From NCBI RefSeq assembly GCF_001194135.2, contig NC_069005.1, positions 8,104,261-8,148,530 on the forward strand: DNA of 44,270 bases. Direction: 5' to 3'. Under the pieces are notes generated by a model, which was not told the DNA's origin, did not search any database, and saw only the letters and a program-made list of their open reading frames with translations. The DNA comes from Octopus bimaculoides (Eukaryota). Every line of letters starts with the position of its first letter. The first letter of the stretch is position 1. This document shows, one piece after another, positions 23,501 through 33,536 of the stretch. A program made the position numbers and the translations under genes.

Positions 23501-25120
23501 CAGTGGGTTCCTGCAAAAAAAAAAAACAAAAAAACAAACCCATCCCAAAGGAGAACCTCCGCCAGAATATGTATCAAACTTTAAAGGAACACAAACACTG
23601 GAGTCGATTCATTCGACTAAAACCGTCCAAGGCGGTGCCCCAGCATGACCACACATATATATGTTTCACGGTAACATTATACTTATTTATATAAGTGTGG
23701 TAAATAGGTTGCTTACCAACCACATGGTTCTGGGTACAGTCCCACTGCGTGGCACCTTGGGCAAGTGTCTTCTACTATAGCCTCGGGCCGACCAAAGACT
23801 TGTGAGTGGATTTGGTAGACGGAAACTGTGTATGTATGTATGTATGTATGTATATATATATATANNNNNNNNNNNNNNNNNNNNNNNNNNNNNNNNNNNN
23901 NNNNNNNNNNNNNNNNNNNNNNNNNNNNNNNNNNNNNNNNNNNNNNNNNNNNNNNNNNNNNNNNNNNNNNNNNNNNNNNNNNNNNNNNNNNNNNNNNNNN
24001 NNNNNNNNNNNNNNNNNNNNNNNNNNNNNNNNNNNNNNNNNNNNNNNNNNNNNNNNNNNNNNNNNNNNNNNNNNNNNNNNNNNNNNNNNNNNNNNNNNNN
24101 NNNNNNNNNNNNNNNNNNNNNNNNNNNNNNNNNNNNNNNNNNNNNNNNNNNNNNNNNNNNNNNNNNNNNNNNNNNNNNNNNNNNNNNNNNNNNNNNNNNN
24201 NNNNNNNNNNNNNNNNNNNNNNNNNNNNNNNNNNNNNNNNNNNNNNNNNNNNNNNNNNNNNNNNNNNNNNNNNNNNNNNNNNNNNNNNNNNNNNNNNNNN
24301 NNNNNNNNNNNNNNNNNNNNNNNNNNNNNNNNNNNNNNNNNNNNNNNNNNNNNNNNNNNNNNNNNNNNNNNNNNNNNNNNNNNNNNNNNNNNNNNNNNNN
24401 NNNNNNNNNNNNNNNNNNNNNNNNNNNNNNNNNNNNNNNNNNNNNNNNNNNNNNNNNNNNNNNNNNNNNNNNNNNNNNNNNNNNNNNNNNNNNNNNNNNN
24501 NNNNNNNNNNNNNNNNNNNNNNNNNNNNNNNNNNNNNNTAATATTAGGGATAAAAATCCAAATTTACAGGTAAAAACTCAATTAAATTCAATTTATTAAA
24601 AATTAAAATTAAATTAAGTTTCACAGTATAAATATGTTTGTGTGTCTGTGTGTTTGTTCCCCCAGCATCGCTTGACAACCGATGCTGGTGTGTTTATATA
24701 TATATATATATATACAAAAGCATAAGTTGGTTCAGCAACTTAGGGTTTGAAACGTAATGAACTGACTGCATTATAGTTAGTAGAACAATTAATAAGGAGC
24801 ATAACCTTGGTACGACCAACGGTATGCGAACACTACACTAGCGCATGAAATAAACGGTTAGGTTCCAAATTCCGTGAACGTAATCAACTATGACAGGTAC
24901 ATGAAGGAGTGCATACAACGACCGAAACTTTGCGACCAAGAAAATATTTGCTACTTCTCCACTCGTATTAGATAAAGACGAAAGTATCAGAAACCCATAA
25001 GGTATACCTGCGGATTAGTTTGTAAAGATCTTGTACAGAATCCGTTGTTTTCTGTCCGGCAACCACGAGTTTGTTCAAAAGCATCTGACATTGTTTTCGA
25101 TTTTCCATCAAATCGTCCAT
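11844..25120 (-). CDS. MIIP: MIIP-like protein (migration and invasion inhibitory protein family), 8 coding exons, 763 aa
   Basis: Exons joined by hand: 113+1192+152+62+145+100+102+426=2292 nt, open from ATG 25120 to TAG 11846-11844, phases 2/0/2/1/2/0/0 all match. Collinear motifs LLGYDWIAGILD, YHINDRLF, YVRISMP, RKGTCDTTDTLSL and HCVMGW resemble the recalled vertebrate MIIP motifs LLGYDWIAGSLD, YRVNRRLF, HVRVSIP, RRKSFDASDTLAL and HCLLGW. Extra exons hidden in gap 23865-24538 cannot be excluded. Confidence 0.88.
12980..13081 (-). CDS. MIIP: MIIP-like exon 7 (HCVMGWNNTQ...KEML)
   Basis: Acceptor ttcttgcaccag|CAC; donor CTG|GTAAGT; HC..GW motif directly continues DTLSLGK. Confidence 0.9.
13256..13855 (-). 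mobile_element. SINE family B split by a family A insertion
   Basis: Tail 13256-13464, head 13705-13855. Confidence 0.8.
13465..14118 (-). mobile_element. SINE family A copies (13465-13692 nested in a family B SINE; 13930-14118)
   Basis: Reverse complement of the family A consensus; the first copy splits a family B element into 13256-13464 and 13705-13855. Confidence 0.85.
14520..14880. repeat. Degenerate ~78-bp minisatellite, MIIP intron 6
   Basis: CTAAGACAGTAAAGC..GGAAATC..GCTGCTATTTCTAG.ACTGCA.TGTTCAATATGTCC repeated 4-5 times with deletions. Confidence 0.8.
15049..15148 (-). CDS. MIIP: MIIP-like exon 6 (ISMPQDLLLTKCQVNKAPRKGTCDTTDTLSLGK)
   Basis: Acceptor tcctcttgtag|A; donor AAG|GTCTGT (weak); RK..DT.DTL.L motif. 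Confidence 0.88.
15651..16250. repeat. Diverged tandem duplication in MIIP intron 5 (units ~253 and ~329 bp plus the start of a third)
   Basis: CTTGG/AGCA.TGAT(A/G)CTGC at 15651, 15904 and 16233; TACCTCTCTTTGGTAT and ACAAACATATTTTAACTAACCTAAAGTT occur in both units. Confidence 0.85.
16268..16412 (-). CDS. MIIP: MIIP-like exon 5 (IKSYHINDRLFSEP...SPRYV)
   Basis: Polypyrimidine tract plus ttaaacag|AA; donor AG|GTAAAT; INDRLF motif. Confidence 0.9.
16482..16718 (+). mobile_element. TTAA-flanked MITE (piggyBac-type ends)
   Basis: TTAA-CCCTTTAGCATTC ... GAATACTAAAAAG-TTAA. A second partial tandem copy at 16715-16887 is cut by the rRNA insertion. Confidence 0.7.
16888..17066 (+). rRNA. 28S (LSU) rRNA fragment including the sarcin-ricin loop; pseudogenic intronic insertion
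   Basis: AGGTTAGTTTTATTCTACCGATG matches the conserved CAGGTTAGTTTTACCCTACTGATG. ATCCTGTCCAGTACGAGAAGAACCGC...ATTTGGT matches ATCCTGCTCAGTACGAGAGGAACCGC...ATTTGGT. Isolated; no other rDNA nearby. Confidence 0.85.
17110..17645 (+). mobile_element. Family C copy with duplicated tail
   Basis: Modules 17110-17381; tail 17392-17500; tail repeated at 17530-17645. Confidence 0.8.
18034..18095 (-). CDS. MIIP: MIIP-like exon 4 (ENFVDESREPQLIQDILTES)
   Basis: Long T tract plus AAG acceptor (phase 2); donor A|GTAAGT (phase 1). It is needed to bridge the phase-2 donor of exon 3 and the phase-1 acceptor of exon 5. Confidence 0.8.
19372..19523 (-). CDS. MIIP: MIIP-like exon 3 (KEKLLGYDWIAGILDN...DKLKSFWKES)
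   Basis: Acceptor catcttcag|AAA (phase 0); donor CT|GTATGT (phase 2); carries the LGYDWIAG signature. Confidence 0.93.
21129..22320 (-). CDS. MIIP: MIIP-like exon 2, 1192 nt, acidic/Ser-rich low-complexity region
   Basis: Acceptor tttgtttcag|T at 22321/22320; donor CAG|GTAAGA at 21129/21128; 397 open codons inside ORF 21114..22478. Confidence 0.9.
22369..23182. mobile_element. Non-autonomous mariner made of two left ends in inverted orientation
   Basis: TA-flanked TIRs CGTGGCCTGATCAATAAGTATC / GATACTTATTGATCAGACCTCA. The (+) arm encodes MMEKVEQRICIKFCQKLG; the (-) arm encodes GDTCSKAYAKLLKVYGEEYMSHTQVNEWF..DLGMRPVSAKFVPKLLSADQK. Confidence 0.85.
23186..23330. mobile_element. Mariner-type terminal fragment
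   Basis: TA-TGAGGTGGAGGCTGAAAAGTTCC resembles a mariner TIR; abuts the previous element in a (TA)n site. Confidence 0.5.
23695..24690 (+). mobile_element. SINE family B spanning a gap, with an AT-rich repeat nested in its microsatellite
   Basis: Head 23695-23860, gap, nested repeat 24539-24633, tail start 24634-24690. Confidence 0.65.
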
Positions 25121-25260
25121 ATTTGCTCACGAATAATTTCTCTCACATTTTAAACATAACAGAAATTTTAAAAAAATTGCAAAATTATTTGAATGTTCCT
25201 CGTAAAAAGGAAGGATTTCTACTGAGACGGTTGTGCTAGAGACCTCGTATTTTTGCAAGT
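24780..25260 (-). promoter_or_regulatory. CpG-enriched putative promoter / first-exon region of the MIIP-like gene
   Basis: Visibly more CG dinucleotides than the surrounding non-repeat DNA, centred on the ATG exon. TSS not identifiable. Confidence 0.5.
25008..25120 (-). CDS. MIIP: MIIP-like exon 1 (MDDLMENRKQCQMLLNKLVVAGQKTTDSVQDLYKLIR)
   Basis: ATG at 25120 in a CpG-rich region; donor CAG|GTATAC, phase 2, matches the exon 2 acceptor. Helical N-terminus resembles the recalled MIIP start (..LLRQLWVGQ..). Confidence 0.8.
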
Positions 25261-26235
25261 CTGGACCTGGCTAAACTTTTAAACTAATCAGATGCCGGAA
25301 GTTAAGGCATGGGAAATAACTCATATACAATGATTTCTTAGAGTTACTGCCCTTTGTAAATTTAAAAAAAACAAACAAAAAACTCGGGAAAATGTTGGAG
25401 ATTTTTCGCATGGGTTATTTTAGAATGCCTATTAGCTTTTCAAAAATTCACAAAAACTCTAATCTAGGGTTTGAATATCAGTATTTGTCGAAATTTGCGT
25501 TCTATATATATATAATATTAGGGATAAAAATCCAAAATTACAAGTAAAAACTCAATTAAAATCAATTTATTAAAAATTAAAATTAAATTAAGTTTCACAG
25601 TATTAAATATATATATATATATATATATATATAGTTTTAGGGAGANNNNNNNNNNNNNNNNNNNNNNNNNNNNNNNNNNNNNNNNNNNNNNNNNNNNNNN
25701 NNNNNNNNNNNNNNNNNNNNNNNNNNNNNNNNNNNNNNNNNNNNNNNNNNNNNNNNNNNNNNNNNNNNNNNNNNNNNNNNNNNNNNNNNNNNNNNNNNNN
25801 NNNNNNNNNNTAATGATAGAAAAGGTAAGACAACAAAAGAATGAAAGAGACCTCGATATTATGTAAATAGAGGGATTTATCTGTAAATATATGTGACAAT
25901 TATTCGGTAGCCATGATAAAACTCCGAGTTTCGACTGTCGGGGCGTGGTGTGTACAAGCGCGCAAGTGTATGTATGGACATGTGCGCTTATGCGATTACT
26001 GTGAACATTTTTACCCTCCTTTGTCTGAATAACGGTCAATCACACAGTAATTTCTCTTTGTTTAACAGTCGACAAATTATATCATTGTTTTGATGAAAAT
26101 TGTTCATTGGTTGAAAAATAAAATTTAATATGATGTACTCAATGCATGAAGTGTCCTTGTTGGTCCCAAGGCCCAATGAAGAGCCCTCCACAGGAGCTAG
26201 CTTAAAAGCTACCCTAAGCTAGTATACAATATACT

Positions 26236-26585
26236 CTTTTACTTGTTTCAGTCATTTGACTGCAGCCATACTGGAGCACCGCCTTTAGTCGAACAAATCG
26301 ACTCTAGGACTTATTCTTTGTAAGTCTACTACTTATTGTAATGACGTCTTTTTGCTGAACTGCTAAGTTATGGGGGTGTAAACATACCAACATTGGTTGT
26401 CAAGCGATGGTGGGGGGACAAACAAACGCACACACACACACACAAACACAAACACATACACATATGTGACAAGCTTCTTTCACTTTCCGTCTAGCAAATC
26501 CACTTACAAGGCTTTGGTTGGCCTGAGGCTGTAGTGGAAGACACTAGCGCAAGGTACCACGCAATGGGATTGAACCCGGAACCAT
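26236..26585 (-). mobile_element. SINE family B
   Basis: Reverse complement of head-microsatellite-tail. Confidence 0.85.
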
Positions 26586-27220
26586 GCTAGAAATAACAGC
26601 TAAATCTCTTGTACAGATCAGATCTGTGTCTTGAGAGGGAAAGGAGATTTTCCATCATCATCATCATCATCATCATCGTTTAACGTCCGCTTTCCATGCT
26701 AGCATGGGTTGGACGATTTGACTGAGGACTGGGGAAACCGGATGGCAACACCAGGCTCCAATCTAATTTGGCAGAGTTTCTACAGCTGGATGCCCTTCCT
26801 AACGCCAACCACTCAGAGAGTGTAGTGGGTGCTTTTACGTGTCACCCGCACGAAAANNNNNNNNNNNNNNNNNNNNNNNNNNNNNNNNNNNNNNNNNNNN
26901 NNNNNNNNNNNNNNNNNNNNNNNNNNNNNNNNNNNNNNNNNNNNNNNNNNNNNNNNNNNNNNNNNNNNNNNNNNNNNNNNNNNNNNNNNNNNNNNNNNNN
27001 NNNNNNNNNNNNNNNNNNNNNNNNNNNNNNNNNNNNNNNNNNNNNNNNNNNNNNNNNNNNNNNNNNNNNNNNNNNNNNNNNNNNNNNNNNNNNNNNNNNN
27101 NNNNNNNNNNNNNNNNNNNNNNNNNNNNNNNNNNNNTATATATGGGAGCATAATGTGTTGAAATATTTTTTACCAGCAAAAGGTTTCTGTATCACTTTTC
27201 AGGTTTTTGTTTGTTTTTCT

Positions 27221-27312
27221 ACATATTAGTGATTTGTGACATTCAACAACAAAGAAGAACATGATAGCCATTTTCCTTTGATTAGATGTTGACAAAGTGA
27301 AAATGTAGCTTT

Positions 27313-27376
<64 letters not shown>

Positions 27377-27435
27377 CTTCTTAGATTTCAAAATAAACAA
27401 GCACGCTCTGTTTTCAACATCAGAGAAATTATCAG
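27221..27435 (+). repeat. Identical segment duplicated at 31411-31595 (differs only in (TAG)n length)
   Basis: Direct base-by-base comparison. Confidence 0.9.
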
Positions 27436-27739
27436 CTGCACCAAAACAAAAAACATGAGACCCTATCAAAATATTAAGGAATTTTTTTTATGCTCTTCTT
27501 GCTCTTTATTAATTTGATTTCAAATTTTGGCACTAGGCCAGCAATTTTGGAGACTGGGTAAGTCAATTGCATTGATCCTGGTACTTAATCATCATCATCA
27601 TCATTGTTTAGTGTTCGCTTCCCATGCTGGTATGGGTTGGCTGGTTTGACTGAGGACTGGCAAGCCAGGATGCTGCACAAGGCTCCAATCTATTCTGGCA
27701 AGGTTTCTACAGCTGGATGCGCTTCCTAACACCAACCAC

Positions 27740-28320
27740 TCCTCCAGTACTGTCAACACAATGGGTAACAAGCCTTCTCCAAACATCCCGATTGCTTGCC
27801 TTCCTCCTGGCTCTCCTTGGACCAAATCCCATTGCTATTATGTCATCCCAGAAAGTACTGCCGTCATATCTTCCTTAGTCTTCTTCTTGGCCTTTCTCCT
27901 CCTCCCTGCACCCACTCCATCACCATGGAAACATGTCTCTTCTGTGGTAATCGACACATGTGGCCAGTAAACTGTATCTGCTGCTCGGTTACCACACCCT
28001 GCAAACTTCCCACACCTGCTCTTTGTTTCTCACACTGTCCTGCCAAGAGATGCCCTAGATTGAATGTGGGCAGTGTTGATATAACACATCTTCTTCCAGG
28101 TTTCACAGGCGTCAATGACAGTTGGTATAACAATAGATGAGTATAGCTGTAGGTTTATCTTCTTACTGATGGTCTTTGATCCCCATATTCGACAAAGACA
28201 TTGGAATACTGACGTTGCTTTATCTGTCCTGGACTTGACTTCAACTTCTGTATCACCCTTGATGGAAATTCAGCTTCTGACATGCAGAAACTTATTGACA
28301 TACTTGATTTCATCTTGTTC
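27740..28320 (-). mobile_element. Degenerate RTE-type LINE ORF2 C-terminal fragment
   Basis: IKYVNKF..EVKSRTDKATSVFQCLCRIWGSKTISKKINLQLYSSIVIPT..ACETW..QIQFTGHMCRLP..EW..RPRRR. Confidence 0.75.
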
Positions 28321-28740
28321 AATGTATATGTATATGTACATATATATCATCATCATCATCATTGTCGTCGTTTAACGTCCGCTTTCCATGCTAGCATGGG
28401 TTGGAGTATTTGACTGAGGACTGGTGAAACCAGATGGCTACACCACGCTCCAATCTGATTTGGCAGAGTTTCTACAGCTGGATGCCTTTCCTAACGCCAA
28501 CCACTCAGAGAGTGTAGTGGGTGCTTTTACGTGCCACCGGCATGAAGGCCAGTCAGGCGGTACTGACACACACACATATATAATATATATTTATATATAT
28601 ATATGTGTGTGTGTATGCATGTATATGTGTAGATATATGTGTATGTATGTATGTTCTTCAACATGGTGGCCCAGTCTAATGACTGAAACAAGTTAAAACT
28701 AAAAGACACATATATACACATATACATTTATACATATGTA

Positions 28741-28786
<46 letters not shown>

Positions 28787-29513
28787 CATAGACACACACA
28801 CACAGAAATACACATGCACACACTCACAGACATATATATATATATCAGTCTAATTCCTAAATTTAATATAGACGATGTAACATAACCTTTTAGTTGAAAC
28901 CACATGAGCTACTGAGTTCATCTATTTATATAAATGTCGGCAGAAAGATTAGCTGCAGACAACTGTGGAATCTAACATTAACCTCATGTTGTCGATTTAG
29001 CTAAGTTCCTGCTACAAATAGAAATCTATGTATACATCATATATTATATTAGTGTATGCGTTTGTGTGTGTGTATCTATCTATCTATCTATCTATATATT
29101 TACATGTGTGTGTGTGTATGTNNNNNNNNNNNNNNNNNNNNNNNNNNNNNNNNNNNNNNNNNNNNNNNNNNNNNNNNNNNNNNNNNNNNNNNNNNNNNNN
29201 NNNNNNNNNNNNNNNNNNNNNNNNNNNNNNNNNNNNNNNNNNNNNNNNNNNATATATATACATACATACATACACAAACACATATTATCTGAATTATTTG
29301 CTTGAAGTAAAACTTATTTTATTCAAGTGGCACTATATGTATCTTTATATTTACCAGCACCCGGAACCATGTGGTTGGTAAGCAAACTTCTTACCACAGA
29401 GCCACTCCTGCACAGACCTATCAATAATGAACCTACAAGGAGTGCTGGGAACAGTTCTAAGTTAAATTTACTACAGTAAAGTAAAATATGTAATGACCAT
29501 TATTTATGCCTTG

Positions 29514-29559
<46 letters not shown>

Positions 29560-29591
29560 ACACACACATACATATACAAACACACATATAT

Positions 29592-29634
<43 letters not shown>

Positions 29635-30498
29635 TACACATATATGCATACATATTTACATACAGGCATACCTACATGTATAGATACTTACATATAGATA
29701 GATAGATAGATACATACATACATACATACATACATACATACATCAACAAACTTGTTTCTATGTACTGAATCTATTCATAATGCTTTGGTAAACCCAGAGC
29801 TATTGTACAAATTACTTTCATTTTTTTAAAACAAACATTTAATTCCTGTTGAATTATACTTTTTCTCATGGAGAAATATTTTTGCGTTTTCTATTCTAGT
29901 GACTTAAATAATTTTTGTTAAGCTTCATTTGGTAACCTTGGTTATAGCAGCAGCAGCAGCAGCAGCAGGAGCAGAGCTGCAGACACGTCCAGGGAAGCAG
30001 TGTGGGAACGGCACATGTGTCATTGTGTTCAAACTTTAGGGTCAACATCATATCCAGTATACCAAGTGTATGTATATATTTGGCATACTTTATTTGAAAG
30101 ACATTATTTCAACTTTTGTTCAGTGGTGCAGTTATTAACAAGTTTGGTGGCATTTTTTTAGTTTAGAATTTTTTGATTTGTCAGACAAAACAATAGATCA
30201 CTATTTTAAACAATAAAACATTACAATTGTATAAAAAAAACAAAACAAAAAACAAAACATGGAAAATCTCACTTCAGTTTGAATACATGTGTTACTTTTA
30301 TTGCCATACTAATTTATGTTATATCTTGTTATTGCTTTCTCTCTCTCTCTCTCTCGCTCTCTTTGTATTTCTCCCTCTCTCTTCTGACACTCAGTCAAAT
30401 CATAAGTGTATTTGAAATAAAGTAGTGCTTTAAATTTTCAAAGTCAATTTCAGACAAACACTAATGTAAACAGACATACAGACACACACATGTGTGCA

Positions 30499-30531
<33 letters not shown>

Positions 30532-30554
30532 AAATAACCAAAGGCTTGAGAGGA

Positions 30555-30672
30555 TTCGGATTGTAAAACAGTGTGTCTGAGTAAATCGTGATGTTGTAGG
30601 AGAGAAGTGTGCTCGCATGGCTAATGGCTCACTTCTGCAAAGAAGGCGGCCTGGAAGTGCCACTATGCACCT
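30555..30672 (+). mobile_element. RTE LINE ORF2 internal fragment
   Basis: NRDVVGEKCARMANGSL..(frameshift)..AWKCHY matches the DVVGEKC.....G.L...K..AW..HY linker between endonuclease and RT. Confidence 0.65.
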
Positions 30673-30691
30673 TCACACACACACACACATA

Positions 30692-30731
<40 letters not shown>

Positions 30732-31502
30732 NNNNNNNNNNNNNNNNNNNNNNNNNNNNNNNNNNNNNNNNNNNNNNNNNNNNNNNNNNNNNNNNNNNNN
30801 NNNNNNNNNNNNNNNNNNNNNNNNNNNNNNNNNNNNNNNNNNNNNNNNNNNNNNNNNNNNNNNNNNNNNNNNNNNNNNNNNNNNNNNNNNNNNNNNNNNN
30901 NNNNNNNNNNNNNNNNNNNNNNNNNNNNNNNNNNNNNNNNNNNNNNNNNNNNNNNNNNNNNNNNNNNNNNNNNNNNNNNNNNNNNNNNNNNNNNNNNNNN
31001 NNNNNNNNNNNNNNNNNNNNNNNNNNNNNNNNNNNNNNNNNNNNNNNNNNNNNNNNNNNNNNNNNNNNNNNNNNNNNNNNNNNNNNNNNNNNNNNNNNNN
31101 NNNNNNNNNNNNNNNNNNNNNNNNNNNNNNNNNNNNNNNNNNNNNNNNNNNNNNNNNNNNNNNNNNNNNNNNNNNNNNNNNNNNNNNNNNNNNNNNNNNN
31201 NNNNNNNNNNNNNNNNNNNNNNNNNNNNNNNNNNNNNNNNNNNNNNNNNNNNNNNNNNNNNNNNNNNNNNNNNNNNNNNNNNNNNNNNNNNNNNNNNNNN
31301 NNNNNNNNNNNNNNNNNNNNNNNNNNNNNNNNNNNNNNNNNNNNNNNNNNNNNNGTATATACATCTACATTTCAAAGCTTATGCACTAGATGTTCATGGT
31401 TGAGCCAACAACATATTAGTGATTTGTGACATTCAACAACAAAGAAGAACATGATAGCCATTTTCCTTTGATTAGATGTTGACAAAGTGAAAATGTAGCT
31501 TT

Positions 31503-31536
<34 letters not shown>

Positions 31537-32374
31537 CTTCTTAGATTTCAAAATAAACAAGCACGCTCTGTTTTCAACATCAGAGAAATTATCAGTAGTC
31601 AGAGATGTACCCAAATCCAGAAAATATCAACCAGATCTTGGCGCCAGCATGGCTGTGTGGTAAAAAGTTTGCTTCCCAACCATATGCTTTCCGGTTCAGT
31701 CCCACAGCATGGCATCTTGAACAAGTGTCTTTTGCTATAGTCTTAGGCTGACGAAAGCCTCTGAGGCACAAGTCCAGGCAAGGTTATGGAAGACCAGCAG
31801 TTGTCCATGCATACCAGCCTCCCCTCTCCATGCCACCGATGTTATCAAAGAGAAAGGCAAGAATACAACACACAGCTCCTCCTCACTCCCCATCTTCTTC
31901 CTACTCCTCTTCTCCTTACTCCCCCTCTTCTCCCTACTCTGCCTGCTCTCCCTACTTCACATATGTATGTATGTATGTATACAGAACAATCTTCTTTCAG
32001 TTTCCATTTTAAGATCCATAAAGATCAGAACTTATCTGCAGCTCTTGGTGGTCCAAATTGGATGTGCAATCTATGTGGTTGTCTTTTCTGAACATTGTCT
32101 GGTTTAAAAAGGCAGCATCAGATGCCATGATGGTTCTAAGGTGTAGGTACAGGAGGTACCTACACCTTATATATATATACACACATGCAGGTGCGTGTGT
32201 ACATATGCATATATATATATATATATTTGCAAACCCATGGAAAACGAACCTCCACCAGCTATTCTGCCATTATGTCTGTGCACACCTTTCAAGGCAATGT
32301 ATGCCAGAAGGTTTGCAAATCTAACGGAGGTTTCTATCTACTCTTCATTACGAGCATACATACATACATACATA

Positions 32375-32826
32375 CAAAATAATATTTTTATGGAGGCAAC
32401 ACATGTGGAGTCTAAAAGAACATAATTAAAATACAGATTTGAAAGTTATATAAATCTATATATTCTTTATAAAATGGAAGTAAAAATTCCAGAACACATA
32501 AATATACATAAATAGACAAATGTCGATGTAATGCATAAAACATGATTGAATTTAAGAAAAATTTCTTTTGTAAGTACATTTAAAATTACAATACTTTGAT
32601 ACAATGAAATTAAAAATTTTTCTTGAGAGGATTAAGTAGTAAAGAGACATACTAAAAACAATGAAAGAAAAAAAGATATAGATCACATCTATAGGCTGTT
32701 TCAGAGATGTGCCATGGAATATGACATATTTCATATTATTGATCATGGCACTCCCTTCATCAGGATGTTACACAAATATGTTCTTTTAGACTCAGCATGT
32801 GTTACCTCCATAAAAATATTATTTTG
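32375..32826. mobile_element. MITE-like element with ~50-bp terminal inverted repeats
   Basis: CAAAATAATATTTTTATGGAGGCAACACATGTGGAGTCTAAAAGAACATA is inverted at 32777-32826 with few mismatches; no clear TSD. Confidence 0.65.
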
Positions 32827-32950
32827 AATATAGTTCACAATGAGCACTTCATCTTCCTATCTGTATTTTAATGGGAGCTATTGTTAACATTAACAAGCTC
32901 TAAATAAACTATATATTTTATACATACATACATACATACATATATATACA

Positions 32951-33270
32951 GGCGCAGGAGTGGCTGTGTGGTAAGTAGCTTGCTTACCAACCACATGGTT
33001 CCGGGTTCAGTCCCACTGCGTGGCACCTTGGGCAAGTGTCTTCTACTATAGCCTCGGGCCGACCAAAGCCTTTAAGTGGATTTGGTAGACGGAAGCTGAA
33101 AGAAGCCCGTTGTATATGTGTATATGTATACATATATGTGTGTGTGTGTTTGTGTGTCTGTGCTACAAAGAATAAGTCCTGGGGTCGATTTGCTTGACTA
33201 AAGGCGGTGCTCCAGCATGGCCTTTAAGTGGATTTGGTAGACGGAAACTGAAAGAAGCCCATCGTATATA

Positions 33271-33327
<57 letters not shown>

Positions 33328-33536
33328 ATATGTTTATGTGTTTGTGTTTGTCCCCCCAACATCGCTTGACAACCGATGCTGGTGTGTTTATGTCCCACGT
33401 AACTTAGCAGTTCGGCAAAAGAGACCGATAGAATAAGTACTAGGCTTACAAAGAATAAGTCCTGGGGTCGATTTACTTGACTAAAGGTGGTGCTCCAGCA
33501 TGGCCATGGTCAAAATGACTGAAACAAGTAAAAGAG
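32951..33536 (+). mobile_element. SINE family B with internal tandem duplication
   Basis: Head from GGCGCAGGAGTGGCTGTGTGG; the segment GCCTTTAAGTGGATTTGG.. occurs twice. A head-only copy also lies at 31645-31760. Confidence 0.85.

Larger units (their letters stand above)
24539..25915 (+). repeat. AT-rich interspersed repeat family H: 24539-24633, 25515-25608, continuation 25811-25915; inverted copy 12672-12783
   Basis: ATATTAGGGATAAAAATCCAAA.TTACA.GTAAAAACT shared by all three copies. Confidence 0.7.

Noticed and set aside
25895-25935. CGAAACTCGGAG on the minus strand, similar to the 3' half of a PLE hammerhead
   Set aside because: No CUGAnGA upstream in this copy; cannot be supported without a family consensus.
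26150-26215. TTGGTCCCAAGGCCCAA resembling the twister ribozyme P4 loop (GGUCCCAAGCCC)
   Set aside because: No upstream UAA/P1-P2 arrangement and no downstream GAGGG to form the pseudoknot.
29940-30050. (CAG)n followed by a GC-richer stretch as a polyQ exon
   Set aside because: No convincing donor or homology; treated as a microsatellite.
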